Assembly (NCBI RefSeq): GCF_009914755.1 | Contig: NC_060932.1 | Source of the DNA: the human T2T-CHM13v2.0 reference genome, Homo sapiens | Direction: 5' to 3' (one strand) | Length of the DNA: 64,000 nucleotides | Part shown: positions 51,367 through 64,000 of the stretch, in pieces | Position numbering within the stretch: the stretch's first letter is position 1 | Layout of the letters: each line of letters begins with the position of its first letter | Program-made: the position numbers and the translations under genes | The notes under the pieces: model-generated | Database searches by the model: none | The model's input: only the letters and a program-made list of their open reading frames with translations | What the model was told of the DNA's origin: nothing

Positions 51367-54300
51367 CACACTTTAACTCTCTAAAAGAGAGGCTGGTAGT
51401 ATAAGGCTTTCTCAAACTCACTTATCCACAGATCTTCTCCCACCATCATTCTAACTTCTGTCTACTCAATTATTCCATGGGACACCCTTTGACAAATGCT
51501 TATGTTGTGTTTCTTCCCTTGCACCCACCTCTTAAATGGTTGCTTTTGGGCTTCCTGCCTTCCAACCATGCTGGAGAAACAGAAGAAGAAATGCTGTAGA
51601 GAATGATTTTTGGGGATCATATTTTCAAATCCAGAGATGGTGTATTTTCTTAGCCAGTTATCTTTAATTTTCTGTTTGAGAAGACCTTATTCATGCTTTT
51701 TGCATGTATGTTTCTAGCTATTGGAAGTAGAGTTTGGACCCAGCCATCAACATTTTCCTCCATACAGCTATTGCTCCAGGACCATTAAAACTCCATTTAA
51801 ATAGAAACTGTCGGGCTTTCCAACAGCCACCTAAGCAAGACAGTTGCCTTCCTTGTTCCCCAGTGCCTTTCCACATCTCCTAGTGCCTTTTTGAGTCCCC
51901 TAGTGTCTTCCCACATCTTCCAAGACGTGACCCTTCCACTGGCATTCCCCTTCCTGTTTTCAAGATGACTATTTCCAGCTTTATTCACCTTCCCTTATAT
52001 TAAAAACTCTTCACCATGAGGGCAGAAATGACGGACAAGCTTTGTGCATTATTCCTGTCTTTAGTATTTACATTTTATCATGGGAAAAACATGAAAGAAG
52101 GGGAATACACTTCTAATGGTGGAATTTCAGGTATCAGTAGTAGACCTTGAAAAGGTGTTTTGGGAGGGACAGTATTACCAGCATGTTCAGAACATGCAGC
52201 TTGGGTATCTTTCTCTGAGGCCCATGTATGCAGTTAGTCCTGACCAAAGGTGCCCTGGTATTTCTTCTAGGGAAGGCACAGAAACCCTCAATTTGGCCCT
52301 CATGCCATTTCTCTGCACATAGTGATTTTATTACAGGAGAGTAGGATTTTCTTCCTAGGCAAGTTTATGAGATGTCACTTCCCATTACAACGATTACAAG
52401 AAATTTAACAAGTTTAATTTCCTTACCTGTTTTATTCCACTTTGGCCTCAAACCTAATTTGCCAAAATATAGGAGGACTCTTAGATTATTACCCGGAGTG
52501 AAAATATGACTACAAATTTGCTCTTCTCTTTCCAACCCATCAATTCTAGATATTTAGCTCTATTTGTACCTGAGCATTTGGGGTCATAACAGGAAATGGA
52601 TTATTTCACACCTAATAAATCTCTGATCAAAGCTTCCTCTTATCATTAAAAATAAATATTTTGGCAAATAAGCATTAAATTTTACATTGTAAAGTGAAGA
52701 GCTTGCTTGTCATTCTACAGACCCCATTTCAGTGAAGGAAGCTGTTTCTCAGAAGTGCGTTTCCTACAGAAGGTTGCATTTTATTAATTTGCTCCAGAAA
52801 TTTTGCCAAGACAAATTACAAAAGTGAGGTCAAAATTTGTACATGAATTTTGGGAAACCAACATTTTATACTAAATGTTTGCTTTATAAAAATACTAAAA
52901 AAGAGTTTTAATTTTATGATTGGCATGAATATATTCTCTGGTGGAGTATTTGAGGAATTTTTCTTATATCTATACTACTTGGTACTGTATATGTTTATTT
53001 GAAAGAATTTTAATTTGAAGTCAAATCCAAGATGATTAAGTTATAATAAATATGTAATTTTTTGAAAGACCAATTCATATCATATTTAACATATGGTTTT
53101 ATCTTATGGAAATCAATGGCAGTTGCAAAAAGATCAATAGTAGGTAGAGATTCAAAGTAGGTACTTTTCTCCTTCTTGTCATTGTAAAAGCTATGTAGTT
53201 TTAAACACAAATTTATATTTTTGGTCAAGATTACAAGTCCTAGATATTGTATGAGGACCTGGCTATATCTTATATATTGTAAGATGAAAAAGGAACAAAC
53301 TTCTAAAATTTATCTCATGAACAATGAAAGCTTCAAACCCAGCAGTGAACATCACCATATTGTATTGTGGTTTCAACAGGAAAACATCCAGAAGCCTGCA
53401 ATCCTTACATTTTTGGTAAAAGCAGCAAATGTCTATACATTATTGTTGAATCTTCCTGCTCTTTATCAAGTCCTCCAGCTACAAATTTTCAGTGAGTACA
53501 CAGGTCTTTCCAGAAGCCAGGGGTGATAATCATAGAAGACTCAGTATATTTTTCAAAACAATGCAGATGTGAAGCTTTTGGTAAAGAATATAACTTGTGA
53601 TGAAATAATGAAACCAGCTAATTAAATTAGGCTCCCAATTTCCTGCCTGAAAAACAGTTTGCTGTGCAGATATATACAAATATAGTAACCTTGAATGTTG
53701 AATTTAGATCTACTTTTCCATGTTTCACAGAACTTGCGTCCAGTATATAGGCTACCTATAATTCTTACGTTGCTGAGAGTTAGATTTTCCTATAATAATT
53801 TATTCCTTTTTAAAAGGCAATAGCATCAAAAATTAAAAGCTTACTGTGAAACCTATGAAAACACAGTTCAGCTGGAACCACAGTGAACCTTTTCTGCTTC
53901 CCTTGGATTCATCTGAATTTGGTGAGCTTAAGGTGAGAGTGAGACACATCAATTCAACATAGAGTAGGGGTGTGTTGAAGGTTGCACAGCTCTAATTATA
54001 AAAGCCACTGTATTTTTATGGCAGGATTTTGGAGGGTTGCACTGATTTCCTGATGAACACTGACAAGACTATTAAAGTTGTGAAACAACATCACTTGAAT
54101 ATGGCACTGAATGAAAGAACTAGCTTAGCTATGCTGCTCTTGGGTGTTAGTAGCTGATTAAACTAGAGCCACGGGGAAAATTATCTTTGGGGCCATCCAT
54201 TCATTTTCTCAGCTTTGTTTGTTTGTTTCTCTGCAAAAATTTCACAAAGTAGGTAGCTGGGTTTCCCTACTGCAGTCTTTAATCTCCATGCGTGGCACAA

Positions 54301-54434
54301 AAGATAAGCCAGTGTGCCCCTCGGTCTTTTATTTGCCCCAAGACACCTGGTATGCTATGCAAAAGAGACTCTTATTTTTATATATTTATTTGTTTGAGCC
54401 CTATTTTGACTGGTTGTGTCTGTATATATTTCTA

Positions 54435-54655
54435 TAAAGGCAGACTAGACTTAAGTCAAATATATTTCAGCTTTGATCACATCATTTATTTTTTGTGAAT
54501 CTTTAACCTCTCTGAGCCTCAATTTTTCCTCAGCTGTAAAATTGTCATGTTAATACCTTGCAAGTTTACTGTGTGAGTTAGAGATATACAAATTGCCTAA
54601 CATAGGTTCTGGCATAAAGTAGACAGTCAATAAAGGGTAGCTTTTATTATTATTA
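54435..54655 (+). mobile_element. MIR
   Basis: ttaacctctctgagcctcaatttttcctcagctgtaaa. Confidence 0.8.
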
Positions 54656-55229
54656 TTCAAACAGTCTAGTGAGAGAAAAATGTAGAAGTTATTTGCTATT
54701 TTTATCAGACAGGCACTTGGGAGAGAGGAACAAATGGGTTTTTCCATTAAAGGAAATAAAATGGGATCTGAACACTTGCTTGAAACTAAATTTTAGTTAT
54801 TCAGTAAGAATTGGCATAACTCTTTGAATAATTAATTTTCACAAAATTATGCAATTTCACTTTTATAGCACTGTTGAACAATTTTCCAAGGGAAGTTGAA
54901 CGAGATTCTTCCAGTCATTGCACAAAATGTGGTAAGAATCTGAGAGTTACTTAAACTAAGAATAGATAATAGGAAAATAATATATCACAATAGATGAGAT
55001 GCAGGTTAGAGCAAAGGTATCACATGTATTTTCTATTAAGTTACTGAAATACCAAATTATAAAATTAAAAGAGGCCCCAAATACTTCTCTTCTGACATGT
55101 TAAACCTGAAAGTTAGAGTGTAATTTGCTGATAGGTAACGAGATTCTTAAAAACCTCAATATTCTCAACCAGTAACTTCATTGCTATTTATTCATTCTGA
55201 AGAAAAATATAAAATTCAGAAAATGGTCT

Positions 55230-55690
55230 TTGCACAGAGATGCTTACCATAGTGTTAGTTGTAACAGAAAGAAAAACAATTTAAATTTCCCCAAATAGGA
55301 AACAATTGAGATGATGCTAAATCTCACATAAATATTGTATAAACATATTATGAAAAGTTAAATGAGAAAATATTTCCAGATAGAGAAAAAAATACAAAAT
55401 TATATGCAAAATTTATGTATATTAAGTATATACACAAAATCATGTATAAATTGTCATTTCAACTATGTAAAATAATCATTGAAAAAAGCCTAAGAGGAAA
55501 TATATAGTTGTACCATATAAAGTTGCCGATTTTTACCTATAGAAGAACTATTTCACATGGTTCAATCTGATACTAACACATGAATATCTTTGGAAAGTGA
55601 TAAAATTTCCAGTAATATTCCATGAATTTTTGTAATTTCCCACTTTTGCAGAAACATATTCAATTTGTATAATTATAAAAAGAATTTTTA
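55230..55690 (+). mobile_element. Ancient L1ME-type 3' fragment
   Basis: gcacagagatgcttaccatagtgttagttgtaacag...aaaattatatgca. Confidence 0.5.
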
Positions 55691-56141
55691 ATAAATAGTC
55701 TAAAGAAACATTTATAATTTAGGCAAATGTTTTAAAATTAGATTTTCATTTTTGGCAATATTACAAATTTGATACCCCAAAAAGCTTTGCACTAAAATAC
55801 AATCCAAGATACTTTATAAAGTGTTTGGAAGAACTTTTTAATGCACGGCTGAGCTGGCAACAGAGTAAGGAAATCTCCAGCAGCCAAACATGAAGCAAAA
55901 GCATAAATCCTGTGAGAGAAGCCTATGACTGCTCTCAGGGCATCTACGGATTTCTGGAGATCCAGAGATTAGGTTTTAATGGCCTCATAGCAGGCACAGA
56001 ACAAATTTTAGTGTCCATATAGTGAAGGAGTCAGATTAAAGACCTCCATGTGAAGCCAAGACCCTACCTATCCAAAAGAGCCACAACTTCAGTGAACAGC
56101 AAACTAGAGGGAAATCTTACTTTACAAGGGGAACTTACCTA

Positions 56142-56552
<411 letters not shown>

Positions 56553-58659
56553 TCAACTTCAGGCCTCTGAGAGTACTGTCAGATAAAATTGCATTAGTTA
56601 ATGTACACAACAGTCAAAAATCACAAAACAAGTGTGAGAACAAGAAACATAGCCAAGAGTCAGCAGAAATATCCAATAGTTGACTTAAACACACAAAGAC
56701 ATATGCAAATTATGGCATTTTAAAAAATGAACAGTTTTTAAGTTTAAGGAAAAATAAAAGCTATAGGAAGTATGAGTAAGGTTCAGAGGCTCTCAATAAT
56801 GCACATTTGAAAAAGAAAATTATCGACTTGAAAAACATAAGTAAAGAAAAACTAAGCTTTAAAATCAGATTAGAAACAGCTCAAGAGAAAAACTAAATTG
56901 GAAGGTGAAGTTAAAGAAATAGAATGCACAGGTGTCAAAGAAATGTAACTATGAAAGTGACATCGCAAATCAAAGATCATAAAATGAGAAGGTCCAACAT
57001 ACATGTAATCAGATGTCCAGAAGGAGAGACTGGAAAGAATAAAAAATAGGTAACATTCTAAAGGATGATAGTAAAAATGTTCCCAAACTAATGAAAGACA
57101 CAAATCTTAAGATTTAGGAATCACACTAAATTTCCAGGAAAATAAATGCAAAGACATGTGCACCTAGTTACATTGTAGTGAAGCTGCAGAACAACAAAGA
57201 TTAAAAAAAAAATCTGAAGAGTAATCAGACAAGATAGACTAGCAACAAACAAGTAACAATTAGGTAGATTAAACATGAAAAATAGGATAGTCTGAGAGGA
57301 AATAGAGGTAAACCTGGAGCCAGCAAAACAATGTGTTAAGAATCAGAGTAGAATAAGGACATTTTCAGACAAACAAAAAGCTGTTTATCACCAAGCAGGG
57401 TATTTACCACCATCAGTAGAGAAACTTCGGAAGAATATACTTCAAGGAGTTCAAAAGTGATCCCAGAAGGAAGATCTGGGAAGCAAGCAAGAAAGAAGAG
57501 TGAATACATATGTGAGTAATTGACATAAATACTGTATCCAACAATACTTAACAATAACAATGGTAATGTTTAATGTGTGGGATTTCAGAAAACATGTATA
57601 CAAGTAAAATATGATAAGAACATATATGTTGGAGTGATTAATATATGAGCATTTTAGACTTTAATACATTTTCATATTAAAATTTCTAAACAGCTACTAA
57701 AATAACAGAAATAGAATATAAAACTTGTAGCAAAGGTAAACAATGGAAAGATTATGAAAACCTCTGGCAATCCAAAAAAAGACAATGAAAAAATAAGCAG
57801 AAGCAGTAATGTAAATAAAAGGCAAAAATAAGATGATAAAAATTCAAATGTAGCAATAAACTCAATTGATCTCAATGAACTAAACTTTTTTGTTAGAAGG
57901 TTAAGTTTGTCAGTCTGTACTTAGAAAGATCTAGCTCTATGTTGTTTATGAGGGGACTGCCTAAATTATAAAAATTGAAAATAAAAGGCTAAATGAGGAT
58001 ATATTAGGAAAATATTTATGAAAAGTAAATTAGTGTGGTAATATCAGACAAAATAAAGCTTTAAGGCAAGAATTACTATTATAAACAAAAGAAATCACTG
58101 CATACTGATAAAAGGTTGAATTCCTTTGGAATAACAGTTCAAAACATGCATGTACATAAAAGCATAACTTTAAATCATATAAAAAATGCTGAACAATGAG
58201 GATACATATTCTTAAAACCACCATCATTATAAGCAATATTAAAATAACGCTTACCAACTGATAACTCAAACAGAAAAATTAATTAGGATAAAGAACATTT
58301 ACCCAACACAGTCATCAGACTTGATACTTTGACTCCAATACCAAGCCATTAGAGAAAAATTATCCTTTTCAAGCATCCACCGAACATTTATGAAAACTGA
58401 CTAGTTACTGCAATATGTCTGATTAAATTTTATAGAACTGTTATGCAGACTGTATTCTCTGATCACAATGCAACTAAGTTAGAAATATACTACAAAAAGA
58501 TTAATGAAGTACAATCACACGTTTTAAAATTTAAAGACAAAATAGCTCATGGGTCAAAGAAAAATAAAAATGAAATGTGGAAAATAGAATGGAATAAAAA
58601 GGAAAATATTATGTATCAGATTTATTCAATGCAGATAAAGCAGTACTTATATATTTATA

Positions 58660-61454
58660 CAGTTGAACCTTGAACAACATGGGGGTTATGGGTGTCAACT
58701 CCTTGCACAGTAGAAAATCAGTGTACAACTTTTGACTGTTCCAAAACTCAATTACTAATAGCTTATGTTGTCTGGAAGCTTTAATAACATAAACAGTCTA
58801 TAAACACATATTCTGCATGTCATATGTGTTATATACTGTATTCTTACAATAAGCTAGAGAAAAGAAAATGCTATTAAGAAAATCATAAGGAAGACGAAAT
58901 ATAGTTACTCCTCATTAACTGGAAGTGGATTATCATAAATGTCTTCATTCTTGTCATCTTCACGTTGAGTAGGCTGAGGAGGAAGAGACGGAAAAGATGA
59001 GGGGTTACTCTTACTATCTCAGGAATGGCATAGGCAGAAGAAGTGGAGAAGGTGGAAGGGGAGGCAGGAGAGACAGGCATGCTCGATGTAACTTTATGGA
59101 AATACATCATAATTTCTATCTGACTTATTTTTTTCATTTCTCTAAAAATGTTCCTATGTAGTACCAATCCTTCTTCCACTGTTTGCTTTAGCTTCAGTGC
59201 CCATATCATAGAAGGGTCAATATTGTAAAGGAAGTCAAAAACAGCCTTGAATCATTGAAACCCTTCTTTCTGCCAGTTTGTTTAATATTAATTTGTTTTC
59301 TGGCACTGCTTCTTCTATGTCTTCTTCCTGCTCTTCTGGCACTGGTTTTGAAACACTCGTCTCCATTAAGTCATCTTCTGTTAATTTCTCTGGTGTGGTA
59401 TCTGTTAGCTCTTGTATTTCTCCAAGACCTGTATCTTGAAACCCTTCAGGCCCTGCCTTTCTCGCCCTATCCACAATCTTTTTCATTGTTTCCTTGATTG
59501 GCTCCATTATAAGTTCTGTGAAGTCATGCACAAGATCTGGACACAGTCTTTTCCAGCAGGAATTTATTGTTTCAGGCTTGATGACATTCACAGCTTTTTC
59601 CATTATATAAGAACAATGACATTTTCATCATCATTGGTGTAATCTTTCTAGACTTCATGATGTTCTCTCTATCAGGGGTTTTTCCATAGCATTGACAATT
59701 CTTTTTTTTTTCTTTATTATACTTTAAGTTTTAGGGTACATGTATTCTTTTCATAGAGTACTGCGTGTGATGAGCCTTAAAGGTCCATATGACGTCAGAT
59801 CTAGAGGCTGAATTAGGGACCTTATGTTTGGGAGCAAGTAGACCACTTCAGTGCCTTCAATGTTGAACTCATGGGGTTCTGGGTGGCCAAGGACATTGTC
59901 TCATATGAAAAGAACTTTAAAAGTCAGTCCCTTTCTGGCAAGGTACTTCCTGACTTCAGGGACAAAACATCAGTGGAACCAATCCAGAAAAAGTGTTCTT
60001 GTTATTCAGACCTTCTTGTGCAACTAAAAGCCTGGCAGGTGGTGTTTATCTTTCCCATTCAAAGCCCAGAGATTAGCAGATTCAGAGATAAGGGCAGTCC
60101 TGATTATAAACCTACTGCATTTGCACAAAATGGCAGTTATCCTATCTCTTCCTGCCTTAAATCCTGGTGCTTGCTTCTCTTCCTTAGCAATAAATGTCTT
60201 TGATTGCTTTTTTTTTTTTTCCCCCAGAATAAGCTGCTTTTACCTGTGTTAGAAACCTGTTTAGATAGATGTCCTTTCTCCTCAATGATTGACAATTCTT
60301 TTCATAGGGTACTGGGTGTGATGTCCTTTCTCCTTAATGATTTCCTTAATGGTGCCTGGGAACTCACGTCTGCCATTGCGCCCAGCCTCTCCTGTTATAT
60401 TGACAGTTTTTAAGTCAAATCTCTTCCTAAAATTATCAAACCATCCTTTGCTGGCATTAAATTCTCTAGGTTTAGATCCTTCACCTTCCTTTTGCTTTCA
60501 GTTGTCACATAATGACTTTGTTTTTCTAGAATCGTATTAGAATCTATAGGTATGCCTTTCTTATAGAAATCCCGTAACCATATAAAAGCTACATTTTCAA
60601 TATGAGATAAAAAGGTATTTTGCAAAAAGTACAAGGTTTTTGTGCTGGCTGGTGTAGCTGCAGTGATAGATTAGTGAATTTCCTTTTCTTTGTTTTATTG
60701 TGGTTCTTACGCTGGATTCATTTATCTTGAAATGGTAGGCAACAGCAGCTGCAGACCTTAATCTACAGTACATATGAAGCAATTCAACTTTTTCTTCTAA
60801 CATCGTGACTTTTCTCTGCTTTTTGGGAGGACTTTTCAGCATCGCTAGTGACACTTTGTATGGGTCTGATGGAGTTATTAAAAGTTAAGAGTATTGCCCC
60901 AAGCACTATGAAAGCATAAGTGACAACCATGAGATATCACTCTTTACTGTGATATACAATTTACTAGAGGCAAAATGCTCACATGGAGTTGATTAGTGTC
61001 ATACAGCGTTTTAAGCAGATACTCGCAACACTGGAGCTCACCACAATTCAACTGGAGGTGGCTATGGAATTATTAGTATGTACTACAGTTAATTGTATGC
61101 AGTTATGATTTAATACAGAATCTTTACATTTGTTTACATTTTCCTTGACTTCAGATGGCACCATGTATGGTCTGTAAGTGTTTGTGTATGCACTTACTTT
61201 TTATTCTAACTTTTAATCATGGATTTGTGTATATTTTATGGTGGCAAATGATAGAATAGTGTCTACATATATTTTTTGTATTCATGAAATACCTTTTTCC
61301 TATTTTTTTCAGTATATCTAGGCTATGTGCTTTGTCTGCAAGTGGTTTCAAATTGTTGCAAATCTCCAAAAACATTTCCAATGTATTTATTGAAAAATAT
61401 CTATGTATAAGTGGACCAATGCAGTTCAAACCTATGTTATTCAAGTTTCTAATG
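58660..61454 (-). mobile_element. Tigger2, near full-length decayed autonomous copy
   Basis: TIRs cagttgaaccttgaacaaca / tgttattcaagtttctaatg with TA flanks; minus-strand peptides KKQRKVTMLEEKVELL...HFKINESSVRT (CENP-B-like HTH) and KPETINSCWKRLCP. Confidence 0.92.
59706..59743 (-). mobile_element. Minimal young L1PA 3' tip inside Tigger2
   Basis: T-tract plus ttattatactttaagttttagggtacatgt; TSD attctttt at 59698-59705 and 59744-59751. Confidence 0.9.
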
Positions 61455-62254
61455 TATCAGAAAACAAAACAGTGACTGAAGGTTAATAAGCTAACCCTAC
61501 AACTTAAAAATTAAAATAAAATAGCAATATTATAAACCCAAAGAAATTAGAAAGAATAAAAATAAAAGCAGAAATTAATGAAATAGAAAACAGAGAATCA
61601 GCAAAACAATGTTGGTTTTTAAATGAAGTGATAAATAAAATTACTCAGTGTTGGCTTAGAATTAATTTTTAAGAAATGAGATAAAAGTCCAAAAATACTA
61701 GGAATAAAAAAGGAGACAGATTTTTTATTCCTAATAAAGATGCAGAAGAAATTAAAAAGATAATATTATATATAACATGTCAATAAATTAAAAGCCTGAA
61801 TGGAATGTTAACACTCTTGAAAAAAATATAACATCTTTTCTCAAGAGGAAAGAGAAAACTTGCATAGTCTTGTTATCATAAAATAAATCAGTGGTTTAAA
61901 ATCTATTCACAAAAGGATGCCAGAGTCAGATGATTTTATAAGTAAGTTCATGTAAATACTTTCAAATATTTAAATAACAGGTAATTCCACAATTTTTTTC
62001 AGCACATGGGAAAAGAGAGAAAAATCTCCAATTTATTTTATGAGGCTATTAAACTTTATTATCAAAACCAGACAATGGTAGTATGAAAAAGGACAAATTA
62101 CAGGACAATCTCACTTACTAATATAGATGCAAACATTCTACGGAAAATAATAGGCAAATTAAACCCAATGAAATATATATAATTACTAAGCTGAGTTTCA
62201 TAGTTAGGATGTTTGTTCAATATTAGAAAATCACCACATTAATAGATTAAAGAG

Positions 62255-62567
62255 GAGGGGCACGGTGGCTCATGCCTGTAATCCCAGCACTTTGGGAGGC
62301 TGAGGCAGGTGGATCACCTGAGGTCAGGAGTTAAAGACCAGCCTGGCCGACATGGTGAAACCCTGTCTCTACTAAAAATACAAAATTAGCTGGGCATGGT
62401 GGCACATGCCTGTAATTCTAGCTACTTAGGAGGCTGAGGCAGGAGAATCGCTTGAGCCTGGGAGGCGGAGGTTGCAGTGAGCCGAGACCGCGCCATTGCA
62501 CCCCGGCTTGGGTGACAAAAGCAAACTCCATCTCAAAAAACAAAAAACAAAAACAACAAAAAAACAA
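62255..62567 (+). mobile_element. AluS (Sq/Sp-like) with (CAAAA)n-type tail
   Basis: Full dimer; TSD attaaagag at 62246-62254 and 62568-62576. Confidence 0.93.
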
Positions 62568-64000
62568 ATTAAAGAGAAAAAGTATATATAATCATCTTAA
62601 TAGATGCAAAGTAAGAACAATAATTAAGACCTCAAATCCATTCATATTCAAAATAAACTTAGTAAATTAGGAATAAAAATGAACATCTTTGATAAGCATC
62701 TACCAAAGAACTGCGGAAAATATTATTTAAATTATGAAATGTCAAAACATTCCCTTTAAAATCAGAAACAAACCAATTATGCTATTACCATTTCTATTAT
62801 ACTGTTTACTGCTATCTTAACCAACACAGTAAAAGAAGAAAAATAAAATGTATACGATTTGGAAAGGAAGAACCAAGACTGCCATTATTGCAGATGATAG
62901 AATTATCCATGTAGAAAATAAACCGATTATTTGTTTTGAACTAGTAAGAGAGTTTAGCAAGGGTGCTAGATATAGGTCAATATTTATGAGCCAGCATCTT
63001 TATAATCAGCAACAAGCAGTTAGAAAACATGTATATTTAAGAGATACTATTTACATTGGTAAAAAAAAATAACGTTTTGGAAATAAACATAATGAAAGAC
63101 GTGCAGAACCTTTCGAGAGAAGATTATGACAATCTATTGAAATATATTGATAAGACCCAGATAAAAAAGACTTCATTTTTCACAGAGAGAAAAGCTCAAT
63201 ATGATAAAGATATCAACTCAAATTCATATCCAAATTCAATCTCATTCCAATCAAAATCTCAGTAGGGATTTTCTTAGAATTTGATGGATTCTAGAAATAT
63301 AAACAGAAGAGCAAAGAGCGCTGAATAGTTGAGATAGTCCTGAGGAAGAATGAAGTAGAAGGACTTAGCATAAGTGATATAAAAAATTATTCCAAGCTCA
63401 CAATTGATTACAACAGCATATTTTTGGCAAAGGTGTAGAAAATTAGATCTGTGGATCAGAACAGAGAGAATAGAAGCAAAGTCACACTTGTTTGGAACCT
63501 TAAATCTTACAGAGCTGGCATTGTAGATGAACAGTGCTAGGATGACTGGCTATCTATAGAAGAAATATTGTCAGATGCCTACCTCACATTATATTCAAAA
63601 TTTAATTCCAGATAGATTAAGATGAAATTGATAAGCCTTCAGGAGAAAGTATAGCCTAATATCATCTTTATAACTTCTGAAGAGGGAAGGATTTTATTCC
63701 TCAAAAATATAAGTTATAAAAGAATTGCTAAATTTAACCACATTAAGATAAAAAAACTTCTGTTCCTTAAAGTAAATCATCAATAGATAGAGAAGTCACA
63801 TTTTGGGGGGAAATATTTGCAAGAAAACTGCAAAGATTTAATATCTACAGTATGTAAAGAACTCCTAGGAATTCATGAGAAAATGGGCAAAAGTCATGAA
63901 TAGGCATTTCATAGGAAAGGAAATATGAATGGCTAATAAACAAATGAAAAGATATTCAACCTCATTAGTGATTAGGAAGAAAATGTCAATGAAAACTGGC

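Noticed and set aside
52420-52432. Strong minus-strand splice donor (ccttacctg; another at ~19211)
   Set aside because: No convincing paired acceptor or reading frame found.
58883-60854. Tigger2 transposase as a functional or domesticated gene
   Set aside because: Broken into several frames by stops, frameshifts and insertions.

Overview
Primate (human-like) non-coding genomic DNA, intronic or intergenic, AT-rich, CpG-depleted and dominated by interspersed repeats. These include Alu (J, S and Y, one with the Yd-type 12-bp deletion), L1 (old L1M bodies and young L1PA 3' ends), L2, MIR, CR1/L3, MaLR LTRs (a full-length THE1 provirus and solo THE1/MST/MLT1 LTRs), ERV1 LTRs and DNA transposons (a near full-length Tigger2, a Zaphod/Tip100 relic, MER2, MER63A, MER45A, MER81, Tigger4a). 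I cannot support any protein-coding gene, tRNA, rRNA or CRISPR array; the longer ORFs are decayed transposon frames or chance. Repeat families are named from recalled consensus sequences, not from a database search, and most old-repeat boundaries are approximate. The signal that repeat annotation does not explain is a series of locally templated copy and fold-back events, all visible in the sequence. (1) A 183-bp near-perfect hairpin built from an ancient L1 ORF1 relic (8435-8617), a candidate de novo small-RNA precursor. (2) A 278-bp, about 95% identical inverted copy of 25813-26089 pasted into an L1 at 30791-31068. (3) A 56-bp copy with iterated priming scars at 37042. (4) A 36-bp templated patch inside Tigger2 that preserves the empty site of a later L1 insertion. 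(5) Several smaller snap-back junctions. These resemble template-switch or polymerase-theta repair scars, not a new gene system.
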